Part shown: piece by piece, positions 26,975 to 39,363 of the stretch | Layout: every line of letters starts with the position of its first letter | How positions within the stretch are numbered: the first letter of the stretch is position 1 | From: Cirrosporium novae-zelandiae | Taxonomy: Eukaryota | Length of the DNA stretch: 64,000 bases | Assembly (NCBI GenBank): GCA_026023565.1 | Contig: JAPETS010000002.1 | Location: forward strand, 434,001-498,000 | Reading direction: 5' to 3' | The notes under the pieces: model-generated | What the model was told of the DNA's origin: nothing | Database searches by the model: none | The model's input: only the letters and a program-made list of their open reading frames with translations | Made by a program: the position numbers and the translations under genes

Positions 26975-29513
26975 GTCGAAGAAAACAAAGGGATCAACAG
27001 TTTTGGCGCGATGCCGATGGTAGATTTTGCGGTGATAGATGGCGGAATTAAGGATGCGAAAAAAAGATAGAAGTAGACACGAGATGGACGCGGTCATATA
27101 TAGATAGTATTTTCAAGGTGGTTTATTCCTAAGCTCGTTTACAAATATGAATCAACTGAAGGGGATATTGAAGCCACAACGCCGTGAATGGTAACTGCAC
27201 CTTGACTGTAGTCCAAATGAAGAAGATACGAGGAAGGGTTTTCGTTGCATGGAACTGCAGACATTTATATATTGAAAAGAAATTTCTCAGCCCTAAGTCT
27301 AGTTACCCATGATCTTGTTTGTACGTCAGCGTATGGGGCTTCCGACAGGCAGGTTTGTAAAGTTATATCTTTCTCGACCGAATCCAGCGAAGGGGCTAGA
27401 ATGGTAGTTAAGACTGAAGAATTAGAACGAAACCAGTTGAAAAAGCCGATAGTTACGAGGCTTCGCAAAGCCATACGAAGCCACTGATGGAGAACGGGTG
27501 ATGCTAGAGGAGCCAAGGGAGCCATTATTTCCATTCAAGGGTACAAGTCGGCATTGGTTTTTTTTACCACGGGATCAATTTTGGTCAGGGCTGATCCTTA
27601 GGCAGATGTTTGGATTGTAGACTGATTCTGGGTATAGTAAAGTAAACACGGTCTCAACAGTGGCGAAAGTTCTAGGGGGACGGTACACCCGCGATTTGTT
27701 TGACAAATCCCTGACCGAGGGAGCGTCGGCAGTAAAGACATCGGCATGAACAGAATTGAGGCCGCTAAACCCACGACGGGAAATCAGAAGCTCCTTTTTA
27801 CATACAGTAAGGCTGCATTGGCTGGTCCATTAAGAAACTTTCGCTTTCGGGGAACGCCAGCGGAAGTTACGAGGAGAAAGGTTCAGGGAAGAGTTGTCTT
27901 CCTTGAAAGCATTTTAATGTACTTGTATAGGACAATAGGACACGATGATAAGGTGAGGTGGTCATGAGGAAAGTCATGGAGTAGGCAGGTGTAGGCAAAT
28001 AGGCAGGAGACCACTTGGACTAAGAGAGAACTAAGTAGAAAGCACTTTAGTAAAGTAGGACGACTAAAAATGACTAGGGAAGGTACTTTCTGTAGATGAG
28101 TAGATGGGTGCCCCAGAAATGAGGCTGAAATTCTCGGCAATGGACCACAGGGTTCGGTCCGTGATCAATGCTTCTTCCTTTGTGGCAAACCAAACTCTCA
28201 TCGGAAGTCCGGAGCCTTTCATTTTTCTCTCGGAGACTTCGGAGTAACTCCCAAGCGAAGAAAAAAAGAAAAAAAGAAAAAAAAATACCACACATGCCAC
28301 ATAAGCCACAATATGTCTGTGTGAACCTGGTGAATAAAATTAATTCATTCTCCACCACTTCAACCTTCCTTCATTTCTTGTCCCACTCGGTCGAATCGGA
28401 CGAAGAAAGATAGTGACTAAATATCCATCTTTCCCTAGTTCTACTGGTTCTAGTACTGTACTCTCTATTTAGGTAAATAAGACCAGGGATACTTATATAA
28501 AAATCCAGTGCTTCGTATATTGTTGAGAAATAAATCCAGTGATGTGGTATTTTGCCCTCTTAATTCAATTGATTGAATTGTGGCCACATGCTATTAGCTG
28601 AAGGGGTCAAATACATACCATTGCCGTTACATCAAAGACACCACTCACCACTGGTGGAGAAACAGAGCGGGTGAAAGTCTAAATGCATTTGAATCGCCCC
28701 AGCTTTACTAGCTTCTTCCAACACTTTCACCCGTATTGCTTTCAGGAATCATGGCATTGTAGGAGAGGTAAATCTCGGTGTCTCCGTTTAATAAAGAGAA
28801 AAATATGTTCATCCCAAGGCATTATTGAAAATTAGTTGGTTCTCCAGCGTTCGTAGACGATTGGCTATGATAAGCTGGAGACAGGATCCGAAGACACGAC
28901 GTTGGAATTGAGTCGGAATCCCTGAAAAGCCGGAGCCCTATGACAGTCAGACAGTGGCTGAACCGTCTATCAATTGCAGAAAATGCATTATGCAAAGAAG
29001 AACTTGGCTTTCAGAGCACACCCAGCCCCAATGCCCTGGCATATTCACCCTCCCAGTCCCCACATTCAAAGCGCTGCAGAGCACTTTAGTGAAGTACGAG
29101 AGTGGAGTTACACCAAAGTACGCCACAAGAGTTGATATCGAATAGCACACGACTGGGAGCGAGAATCATCTAGCAACAACCAGAATGCTGGTTTTATTCT
29201 GAATCATGATCTAATCTTCTGAAACAACGGGTCTTTGGCAGGCACGGTAAAGTGGGGACAAGAAAGGAAAGACAAGAGGCAAGAGCACACTGGATGGCAT
29301 TTCAAGAGTCAAAAAGTAAATGCAAGAGATGGAAATTAGAATCAATAGTGTTTGCTGCAAACCAGAGACACGATACGAGATATGAATCAATAGTGTTGCC
29401 TTCAGCTTTCCATGAATTATAAATTAAAAGTATGAGTCAATAATAATATCTAGTTATCTGATGCTAGTCAAATTTGATTTCTTTTCACAGAAAGAGACAC
29501 ACGATATAATTAT

Positions 29514-29607
29514 CGAGGTCCGAACATAAACGGTATAAACGTATAAACATAACCCGTATAAACGTATAAGCAGTATAATCCGTATAAACAATATATTTGA
29601 ACCCTTG
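29514..29607. repeat. ~94-bp element with six GTATAA repeats and degenerate terminal inverted repeats (MITE-like relic)
   Basis: Left end CGAGGTCCGAACATA versus the reverse complement of the right end CAAGGGTTCAAATATA: one gap and four transitions. No clear target-site duplication. Confidence 0.4.
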
Positions 29608-29919
29608 GCTTGGGTTTTATGCATAATTCCCCTGAAAAGATGAACATTAAAGTTTTTATGCGTGAGGCTGCAGAGCGATCGCTGACTACTCCGGATGACC
29701 TCTAAAGGCTACCACCAAGCCACGATGAGAAACCACCCTCTTCACCATTCAACATCCATTCCTTGCCACAAATCACGATCCATAATGCCCTCATTCTCAT
29801 TACCTTCTATTCTTCTATTTTAATTTTTGCATTCTACTATCTTATCAAACCTCTATTCTGAATCCAAGCCTTCCTTATCTTCTGGCTATGGATCATTGGT
29901 CAGCCGTTTCAAGCCGATC

Positions 29920-31978
29920 ATGGAAACAATAATCTTTCAGGACTCGCCGTTGGCTGAATATCTCGAAGGCATGCCATTTTCTCTCGGCCGCCCGAACCCT
30001 TGACAACCATGCCTTCTTTATTGCTAACTTCGATATCCAGGTCAAGGTGAACGCGACCAAGACTGGCTCCCCTCGGAAGCCCCCAAGGAACCTACCGATT
30101 TACAGACAGATCACTTTGCTCCCCGAGGGGCATCCATTATTCCTTCCCGATTTAGTAAGAGGAAAGTGAATACTATAGGCGGCGCCAACTCTACTCAAGG
30201 GCTTGCCGGTCGGCTTCGCGATGCTTTCTCTGTACGAATATTCCATCACCATGGGCTTCATCCCCCCCTGTCCGTCACTGACCGGCATGCAGTTAGCGAT
30301 CGACTCGAGATTAGGTAACTCGGAAAATACCAAATTCATAGAACAGTTCCGGTATATTATTGTTGCTTCACAACTTCTCAATGAGCATTCTACTACGACT
30401 TTCTTCAAACCGACAAAAGGCGTCGCTTTAGATCCTATCACCCCCACCCAAAGATCTGAATATGACCTTAGAGGTGTTGCCGTTACTGCGGCTATTGCGT
30501 TTACGGTTGCGCTACTACTACGATGGGCTCGAGGTCACGAAAGAGCACGCTGGCCTTGGCCAAGACTCTCGGTTGTAGGAATTTTCTTTTCTATTATGAT
30601 CGCTATATTCTACGTTCATGTCCGGCGCCAGTGGCTCAAGCAACTTCGCCACCAAGCCATCGACTCTACCGCATTAATGATTTCCGAATCTCAGGCATTA
30701 GATGGTGCAGCTTCATCGGCCATTACTTTGATCCAAGAAGTTGAACTGGTATCTAGAGGATATCGCTTGTGGGTATGACGTCCACTTTCCACCTATCGGA
30801 GACTAACATCCTTCTAGAAGTACGCCACTACCTCCAGTATCGAGACTTGAAGAGCAAAGTCAGACGAAACGATGTGCTCGATTACGTCGCACTCTTCGTA
30901 GCTCCCTTACGGGTTTAATAACCAGTCATTCTCAAGCATACCAAGTCGTCAGACCTCTAATAGATGAAACTGGCTTAGAAAAATACTGTGACATATATGA
31001 GGTAACGCCCGGCGACTTAGAGCAAATCGAGTTAAACATCACCGATTTAGATGACGACCAGGGCGATTCACTCAAACTCCTAAAAGGCCTTTACATGCAA
31101 CTATATACGATTCGGAAAGTCCTTTTATGTTACTTTCTAGCTATTGAGGCCAATGGCGACCACAATGACCTTTCTCGATGGAGCACAGCGGTAGCGGAGA
31201 TGGACCGGCTTTCTTCAGCTTCAGCTCAATCTTCAGAAAGACTTGGGAATATCCTAAGCGAAGAAGACCGTATGTGACATGAATTATATCTGAAGTATCA
31301 GTTGTTGACTTTGATATAGGCATTCTACCTCCTACTCCAAAACATCTTTCTTTACCACCTGATCGACAACGCCTACGATCACAACTCCGCAAGCTAGGTT
31401 CATTCTCTCAAGGAATCCGAACCTTGCAGGCTAAAATGCATGTTCTCCGCGAAGAATCCGATAAAACTCTTGACGAGTCCGCGGATGTTAGCGAACTAGG
31501 TGCAACCCTGATGAACCAATATGAATCCATTGGAAATGACCTGAAGGGTCTCATGGAAGATTGGGAAAGAGGAAAAGCGGCCCTTGCAATCAATATCGAC
31601 AAAAACGAAAAGCGCGTTTCAAATTCATCCACTGCCACCACTAACCTAGTGTCTCCTTCCTCGCCAACCTTTAGTCTAGGTGGACTAACGGCTGTAAACG
31701 AAGGCCCTTCAGAAGCCCTTAAAATTCTAAATGGCGAAGACGTAGCTCATTCCAGCGGTAGCGCTTCTGACGAAGAGATTTTCGAGGCAGTCGCCCTTCC
31801 ACGAAAAAGGTCTTCTTTGACCCGTGAAGAAAGAATTGTCAAGATGAAAGAAGAACGTGAAAGGCGTATTTCCTCTCGTCAAAGTATTAACACAAACACA
31901 GCCATGTTAAGGGAACTGCAAACTGTCATGAATCTCAGACCCAGACCTAGGGGTTCCAATCGTATCACTTCGATTTGA
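29920..31978 (+). CDS. vezA: Vezatin-family (myosin-binding domain) protein, 5 exons, first intron GC-AG
   Basis: METIIFQDSPLAEYLEG..., FIEQFRYIIVASQLL, two TM segments, IQEVELVSRGY, LQAKMHVLREES, C-terminal LTREERI..MKEER..MLRELQTV. Confidence 0.8.
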
Positions 31979-32945
31979 ATATTTCACATACATACAAAAA
32001 AAAGCTGCAACTCTCATTCAGGTCGTATTAGCAGTATTTTCTACATATCTAGGCTCTCGTCTTACACGGCGCTTAACATTTTATGGATTTTGCTTCACCT
32101 TGATCGGTGATGGGTTTTGTACAGCGCAGATTTGTTATTTGAAGCCACTATTTGGGGCTCGGCGTTTGGTTTGCGCGACAGAGACTTTGATGATACCCAA
32201 AAGCTCCTGGGACACAGCGTCGGCGATGATGGTTAATTTTTTTTTCTAAGCTCATATCATAGAAAGGTTGGGACATCTCTTACATAGTGAAATCTACATA
32301 CAGTCGTTTCATAATGATGAATATATTTTCCTTTTACCTGTATTTTTATTTTTCTTTTGTTCTTTTTCTTTTGTTTTTATTTTTATTTTTATTTTTTTCT
32401 TTAACATTAAATCCCTATTGCTATTTTTTTTTCCCTCCTTTCTTGGTGTCCATATTTTTTTCTCCACGACCAAGCATATTATATATCTATAGCTATATGT
32501 ATTAGGTAGATTGACCGAACCAACAAAAAAAACAAACCCAATACCCACCCACCCCAAAGGAAACCGTGTATTACTTCTCTCTCTAGTAAAAATAATGGTT
32601 TATTTATTTAGTCCATTGCATTTTTGTAATAGATTAGCTTTATCGCACCAGGAGGACCTACAGTACCTTGTTGATTAATCCCCATGGAGATGCGTGGTAG
32701 CACTGTCTGGTTCGGTACAATGGAAAAGAGGAAATTTGAGAAATGTTGTTAGATCCCCGTCAAATCGAGCGAAGTACCTATCTTTCAAGCGGGAACATTG
32801 AATGAATGTGACCATGTAACAATTCTATATGAAAAAAGAATGCCAGTATGTCTTTTGGGAACCAAAAAGTGATATTTTGATGTTGAAGGCACTTAGGGTT
32901 CACTAGAATTCACTAGGATTTGCAAGTTGAGCAAACACTTTACTA

Positions 32946-32985
32946 GCGCGAAGGTTGGGTCAGCGAACGCGAAAGTTGATCGCGT
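32946..32985 (+). promoter_or_regulatory. Cluster of MCB/SCB-like CGCG elements upstream of PCNA
   Basis: GCGCGAA 32946, ACGCGAAA 32967 and TCGCGT 32980, about 170-210 bp before the start codon; PCNA is an established G1/S (MBF) target in yeasts. Confidence 0.6.
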
Positions 32986-33157
32986 CTTGATCTAATCTTT
33001 CCACCCAAGTGGATCAACATCTTTCTCATTGTACACCTCTCTCGCCCCCCAAATATTACCTCCTCCATTAAAATTCACGCAATAAAACTATTACAGATAT
33101 CCACCTCTACGATTCTCAAAGCCAATTAGCACTTTAAAACATCCTACAGACGCTAAT

Positions 33158-34155
33158 AGTGAGCTGATGATCCCCTTCATTCGTGTCACTATATAATGCT
33201 AATAACTATAAATTAGTGCTCGAAGCACGTCTAGAACAGGCAAACCTTCTGAAGAAGGTGGGTTCTACCTAGGGAATATCCAAACGACTTGCTGATTCAA
33301 CGTCATAGGTGGTGGATGCCATAAAGGATCTAGTCCAAGACTGCAATTTTGACTGCAATGATTCTGGAATCGCCCTCCAAGCCATGGACAACTCTCACGT
33401 TGCCTTGGTATCCATGATGCTCCAAGCCGAAGGCTTTTCGCCCTTTCGATGTGACCGGAATATTGCCCTAGGAATTAACTTGACATCCCTTACAAAGGTC
33501 CTCCGAGCAGCACAGTCCGATGATATCCTTACACTCAAGGCAGACGATTCACCAGATGTGGTTAATTTGGTGTTTGAAAGCAGCGAGAGTGATCGGCTGA
33601 GCGAATATGATATCAAACTCATGGATATTGATCAGGAACATTTGGGCATTCCAGAAACGGACTATTCAGCGGTCATCACTATGCCATCAGCAGAATTCCA
33701 AAGAGTTTGCAGAGATTTGAACCAGTTATCTGAATCCGGTATGTTTCATGATTCTTGTTTTGTTTAATAGTTGCTGATATGGAGCAGTATCTATTGAAGC
33801 AACCAAGGACGGTGTAAAATTTGCTGCGTCAGGAGACATTGGGAATGGTGCCGTAACCATTCGTCAACACAGCAATGTCGACAAGCCTGAAAACGACGTG
33901 TCTATTGCTTTATCGGAACCCGTTGCTCTTACTTTCTCACTTAAATACCTGGTCAATTTCTGCAAAGCAAGCGGCCTTTCAAGTTCCGTGAAGCTATGTT
34001 TGTCCTCTGAAGTCCCTCTACTGGTAGAATATGGCTTGGCAGGAAACAGCTATTTACGATTCTATCTCGCTCCAAAGGTAGGCCTTCCCGCCATGATTGG
34101 TATATATGTACTTTTCTAACTTGATATGATACTATAGATCGGAGACGAAGAGTGA
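33158..34155 (+). CDS. POL30: PCNA sliding clamp (5 exons; start codon split A|TG by intron 33159-33216)
   Basis: [49 protein letters not shown]...[13 protein letters not shown]. Confidence 0.97.
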
Positions 34156-34558
34156 TGAGAAAAAATACGAGTAATACGACAATCATCTTCACTTTTTTAC
34201 ATAATGCATAGTTGTGCGCGGCATCGGAAAGGGAGGAAGTTGGGAATCCGGTAATAAAAATTCACTCTTTGGCAGTAATGCTATGGGTGTAAGTTACTCG
34301 GGATGGAGAGATGTCCGAGAAGTCCTTCGTGTGGTCAATTTTCTGTTGAATCTACTCGATGAAGGATGGGTTTTCAGCGAGGTCGGTGGGAAGCGGCGTG
34401 ACAGAAACCAGAGCAGGTTAGATTATCATAAGCGAGTTTTTTATTTTACGATAAGAAATAACATCTTGACATCTGACGCCACCATCGAATAACCATTTAC
34501 TCATTTCCAACGTCTCTCTCAATAGACTTTTATTTCCTTTTTAATCTCACATATAGAA

Positions 34559-36016
34559 ATGCCTTCAGATTTTCCAATACCCGAAACAAGGGTTTTGGCC
34601 ATTGCCAGCCATGTAGGTAGGGACTTTTATCCCCAGGCCCTTGGGGCACATGAGCAACTCGAGAATTAGCTGACGTGATTTACATAGGTCGTCTATGGGT
34701 GAGTCGCAAAGCGAATTGCAGAGGTCTAGGTGGAGATACAAGGTTCTGATGACATTAGATATGTCGGAAACACCATGGCGACTTTTGTCATGCAGTCGCT
34801 TGGCGCTGAGGTCGCTGCCCTCAACACCGTTCACTTCAGTACGTCCTCCACTCGATTGAGTCATACCCGGAGCACAACAACCTCCTCCTCTTTTCGTTAC
34901 CTCGTACTCCAATTAAACCCTTCCTATGGAAACTAACAAAGGGATAAGGCAACCACACCGGCTATGGCCAAACAAAAGGCACCAAGACTACGGCCGATGA
35001 AATCGTCTCCATCTACTCTGGTCTCCAGCAAAGCCATCTCACAGACTTTGACATGATGCTCACGGGCTACGCGCCTAGCGCCGAAGCTGTTAGCGCCGTC
35101 GGGCAGATTGCAAAGGACCTAAAGAAAAAGGCACAAGGAAAACCAGGCTCATTCTTCTGGGGTGAGTTTAATCCAAGAACCTCCCTCATGAACCCACCCA
35201 CAAAAAGAAAAGAAAAAAGAAAAGAAAAGTGAAGACCTATGTCACCGACACTAACTTACTGACCAACAACCAGTCCTCGACCCTGTCATGGGCGACGAAG
35301 GCCGCCTCTACGTATCCCCCCAAGTCCCCCCAGCCTACCAAGCCCTCCTCCCCCACGCAGACCTAATCCTCCCCAACCAATTCGAAGCTGAAACGCTCTC
35401 CTCTATAAAAATAACCTCCCTCGCCTCCCTACACCGCGCAATCTCCTACCTCCACACCGAGTACCAAATCCCGCACGTGCTCGTCACCAGCATCAGCCTG
35501 CCGTCCCCGCCGGGCATGCTAACGGTCGTAGGTAGCACCAGCACGTCAGACGGAAGACCTAGGCTATTTGTCCTTAGGGTGCCAGAGCTCCCAGTCCATT
35601 TTAACGGCACGGGCGATATGCTCGCGGCGCTTGTGGTTGTCCGGTTGCGGGAGGCGGTGCTGGAGGCTGGGGAGGCGGTTGCGGGCGCTGAGGGGTGGAG
35701 GTCTCCTGATGACGTAGCGCCCACCCAGCTACCGCTTGCCAGGGCGGTTGAGAAGGTACTGAGTTCCATGCAGATGGTGCTAGAGCGCACGACGGAGGTA
35801 TATCAATCCGAAATGGAGAAGGTAGATGCGAGGAATGGTGTCGTGGACGGCGTCGTAGACGAGGAGAAGTTGCATCGTCTGCGGTGGAGTAAGGCCGCCG
35901 AGGTGAGGGTCGTCAGGAACGTCGAGTGTTTGAGGAATCCGAAAGTGAGGTTTCGAGCTGAGGCTTTGGATGTGCAGGGCGTAGAGGAGGGGACCAATGG
36001 CCATTTGCCCAATTAG
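34559..36016 (+). CDS. BUD16: Pyridoxal kinase (includes 11-nt microexon 34688-34698)
   Basis: RVLAIASH-VVYG-YVGN, NHTGY, DPVMGDEGRLYV, PNQFEAE, FNGTGD motifs. Confidence 0.92.
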
Positions 36017-36044
36017 TATCCTATAGTAGTTGGGCTTCGATTTT

Positions 36045-36092
36045 TCCTTCCTTACCTTCCTTACCTTACCTTCCTTACCTTACCTTGCCTTA
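36045..36092. repeat. CCTT/CCTTA low-complexity tandem repeat
   Basis: Seen directly just downstream of the pyridoxal kinase stop. Confidence 0.8.
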
Positions 36093-36510
36093 CTTTCTAG
36101 GAAAGATGGATGCGTGTGTCAGTTCGGGGTTATATGCTTTTTTTTCTTCCATATTAGATATCGCATGCTAGCATACATTAGATAGACAAAAGTCAAAAGA
36201 TGACAGGAATTCTTCTAGATATTTTTCAACTGTTTCATTGTTTTTTGGTTTCTTATGTCCATGTCCCTCATATCCATCATATTCATTCATATCCCTCATA
36301 TCCCTCATACCCATATCCTTCTGCTCTATTCTAATAAGTGTCTTTCTTATTCATCCCCATCCAAAAGGGAAAAAAAACATGAGCTACAATCCTCTCCTCT
36401 AGTGTTCCCCTCTCTCTCCTATCTATGAACCAGTAACCCCCTCCTACATTTTTATCCCATACCCGCAGGAATCACACCCCCACCCACCCACCAATAATTG
36501 AATTTAATAT

Positions 36511-37434
36511 TTAATTTTTCCCTGTACTTCCAAAACCCCCAGCACCTCTCACACTCTCTTCCAATTCCTCGACCACAACGATTTCAGGCGTGTAGATCTA
36601 TAAGATAGTCAAGTCAGTAAACACCCAAAACTCAAAAAAATAACTCACCCTCTCAAGCACCAGCTGCGCGACCCTCTCCCCCTCCTCAATCTTAAACTCC
36701 GTATCACTGAAATTGAATAGTAGCACTTTCACGGGACCCCTATAATCGGCATCGATGACACCCGCACCGGTGTCGATGAAGTGTTTTGAAGCGAGGCCGG
36801 AGCGCGGGGCGATGCGGCCGTAGGTTCCGGCGGGGGTGGCGATGGAGAGGTCGGTGTCGATGAGGGCTTTGCCGTGGGCGGGGATGGTGGTTGGGCGGGC
36901 GCTGGTTGGGGAGGGTTAGTGAGGGGGTTAGGATTGGGATTGGGGGAATGTAAATATAGATGAATATAAATGAAGATATGCGTATGCCTTTTTCTTGTGC
37001 TTGTTCTTCTTCCTCTTCCTCTTCTTTGGGCCAGAAACAAGAATTTGCTTTCCCAGCTCCCAGCAACAAGTCCATATATATGCAATTGAGGAGCCAATAA
37101 ATATCCTTCAAACTCACCTATACAAATCATATCCAGCCGCAAACTTGCTGCCCCTCGTCGGCGTGCGTGCCTTGTCACTCAGCTTCTTGATCAGTAATGG
37201 TGGTTCCTGTTCGATTTTCGTTGTTGTAGGCGTAGATTCTTTCGTTGCTGCTGCTGCCTCCGCCATCACGGACGATATCGTAGCTGGAGGAGCTGCGGAA
37301 GAATCAGAGGGATCGGCGACTTTGGTTCGTTTGGGCAATGGGGAGCCCGGGAGTGAGGGTGGTGGATGGGCGAGTGCTTCTGTGTTCTTGCTTTGAGCTG
37401 GTGGTGGTGCTGCTGGTGGTGGTGTGGAGGGCAT
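36511..37434 (-). CDS. DUT1: dUTP pyrophosphatase (introns 36903-37117 and ~36598-36649)
   Basis: [55 protein letters not shown]: all five dUTPase motifs. Confidence 0.96.
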
Positions 37435-37613
37435 TGTATGTGTTTTCTTTTTTCCTTTTTTTAAAAAGGAATGACGGTGTATGTATGGGTAGTTGATTTA
37501 TAAAGTAAGGTAAGGTGTGTTTTGGGGGGGGGGGGGCCACTCTTGTGGAGGATTTCAATTGGAAAAAATGTAAGAGGATACGTTGGAGGAATGAATGCCA
37601 ATGGGCGGTGGAG

Positions 37614-37635
37614 ACGCGTCGTGATCACGTCGCGT
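37614..37635. promoter_or_regulatory. MCB element (ACGCGT) within a 22-bp near-perfect palindrome in the DUT1 promoter
   Basis: ACGCGTCGTGATCACGTCGCGT, 180 bp upstream of the DUT1 ATG. Confidence 0.6.
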
Positions 37636-38027
37636 TTCCCAGATGAGGAAGTTTGTTCTTTGAATTAATTAATGATCCGCGTGGAGGCGGTGGACCTCGG
37701 CAGTACTCGCAATTGATGGTGTGGGGTAAACTCCAGGTCGAGGGGGAACCAAGATATCGGATATCGTCATCTCCGGTGTAATGGCACTCCCCTTCCGGAA
37801 AAAGTACAGCTCAATTCTCGTTTTGCTTTTTGCCTCTTGTTCCTCTCTTTCCTTTTTTTGATGTTTTTGGGGGCAAAGGGTTGGGGATTATTCTATTTGA
37901 ACTCCTCTCCTCTCTTCTTCTCGTTTTCTCTCATTAATCTGGTTATTGTTTCTCTTTTCAAAAATGCTTGATTGATTTGTTCCATACCCTATTTTGCAGC
38001 ATAGGAGTAAGAGATAAGAAGAGGGCC

Positions 38028-39363
38028 ATGGGTTCCATTAAAGCAGCTTCGACTATTCGGAGGGCTTTGCTCTATGGTATTTTCGTTTCATAATCTCTTG
38101 TTCGAATGATGTTATCTTTTGGTTGGTTAGGGGGTGGTTATCCTAACATGTTATCCATTTCCATGAGTCGAAGCAATCACCCACCTCTCATATATAATAA
38201 TTAACTAACCAACCGCTTACAAAAGTCCCCTCTTCATCCATGAAATTCCTCGAAAAATCGCGCGCCCTTCCTTTCCCTGTTGACAACATATGCTACGACC
38301 TCGAGGACTCTGTCACCACGGGCGATAAGGATTCAGCAAGGGAGAATGCAAAAAAGATTTTGAGTTTGGAGAAGGCAGCGGGGATTAGGGAGCAGGGCGT
38401 TAGGATCAATAGTCTAGATAGTGGGCTGGCGGAAAGAGATTTGAAGGTTGTGGTGAGTTTGGTTTTTCCTTTACTGGGGTTGGGGGGAAAGGGAAAGAGA
38501 TAGGGAAAATATGAACATGGGATAGCTCAATTGAATAAAAAAAAGAGCTTGATCATCCAAAAAATACACCCCGTCATTGTCCACATAACTGATATTCCCC
38601 TTCCCTACAGCTCCAAGCCCCCCACATTGACACCATAATCGTCCCCAAAGTTCACAGCAAAGCCTCTCTATCCGCCATCTCAGACATGGTAATGCACCTC
38701 CGCCCACCACCCGTGCACAAAACCCCCACAGAACTAGACCCACCCACCACTACCAACTCAAAAACACCCACGGAGCTTGACCCCCCCACCCTCAAACTCC
38801 CCAAGATCCTCGCGCTCATTGAATCCGCTCGCGGAATCACCGACCTCCCTGAAATAAGTACCGCCACCTCCCTTCTCGACGGTTTCATCTTCGCCGCCGA
38901 GGACTTCGCCCTCGACCTCAGCCTGACACGGACACCCAGTCTCACCGAATTTCTATACGCACGGAGTGCAATGGTGACAGCTGCGCGGGCAGCCGATCTA
39001 GGTAGCACAATCGATCTAGTGTGCACAGCGTTTCGGGACGACGAGGGGCGGCGGAGGTTAGAGGAAGAGTGCAGGAACGGTCGCGGTCTCGGGTTTAATG
39101 GGAAGCAGTGCATTCATCCCACGCAGGTGCCGGTCGTGCAGGAGGAGTTTTCGCCGGGAATGGGGGAGGTCGAGTGGGCGGTTAAGGTCATGGTCGGGGA
39201 TGAGAAGGCGGAGGATAGGGGTAGGGGGGCTTGGACGCTGAATGGGATGATGATCGATAGGCCTGTTGCGGAGAGGGCGAAGGCGGTTGTGAGGAGGGCT
39301 GAGGGATGTGGGCTTAATGTTGAGAAGGTGAGAAGGAGGTGGGAGGGGTTGGAACCGGAATAA
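38028..39363 (+). CDS. HpcH/HpaI aldolase / citrate lyase beta-like (CitE/CLYBL family), 3 exons
   Basis: [54 protein letters not shown]. Confidence 0.9.

Noticed and set aside
27245..29150. Short ORFs in the long intergenic gap
   Set aside because: Under 100 aa, no recognisable domains, and no coherent exon chain could be built.
36903..37117. snoRNA in the 215-nt DUT1 intron
   Set aside because: No C/D box pair or convincing H/ACA hairpins; the length is explained by low-complexity tracts.
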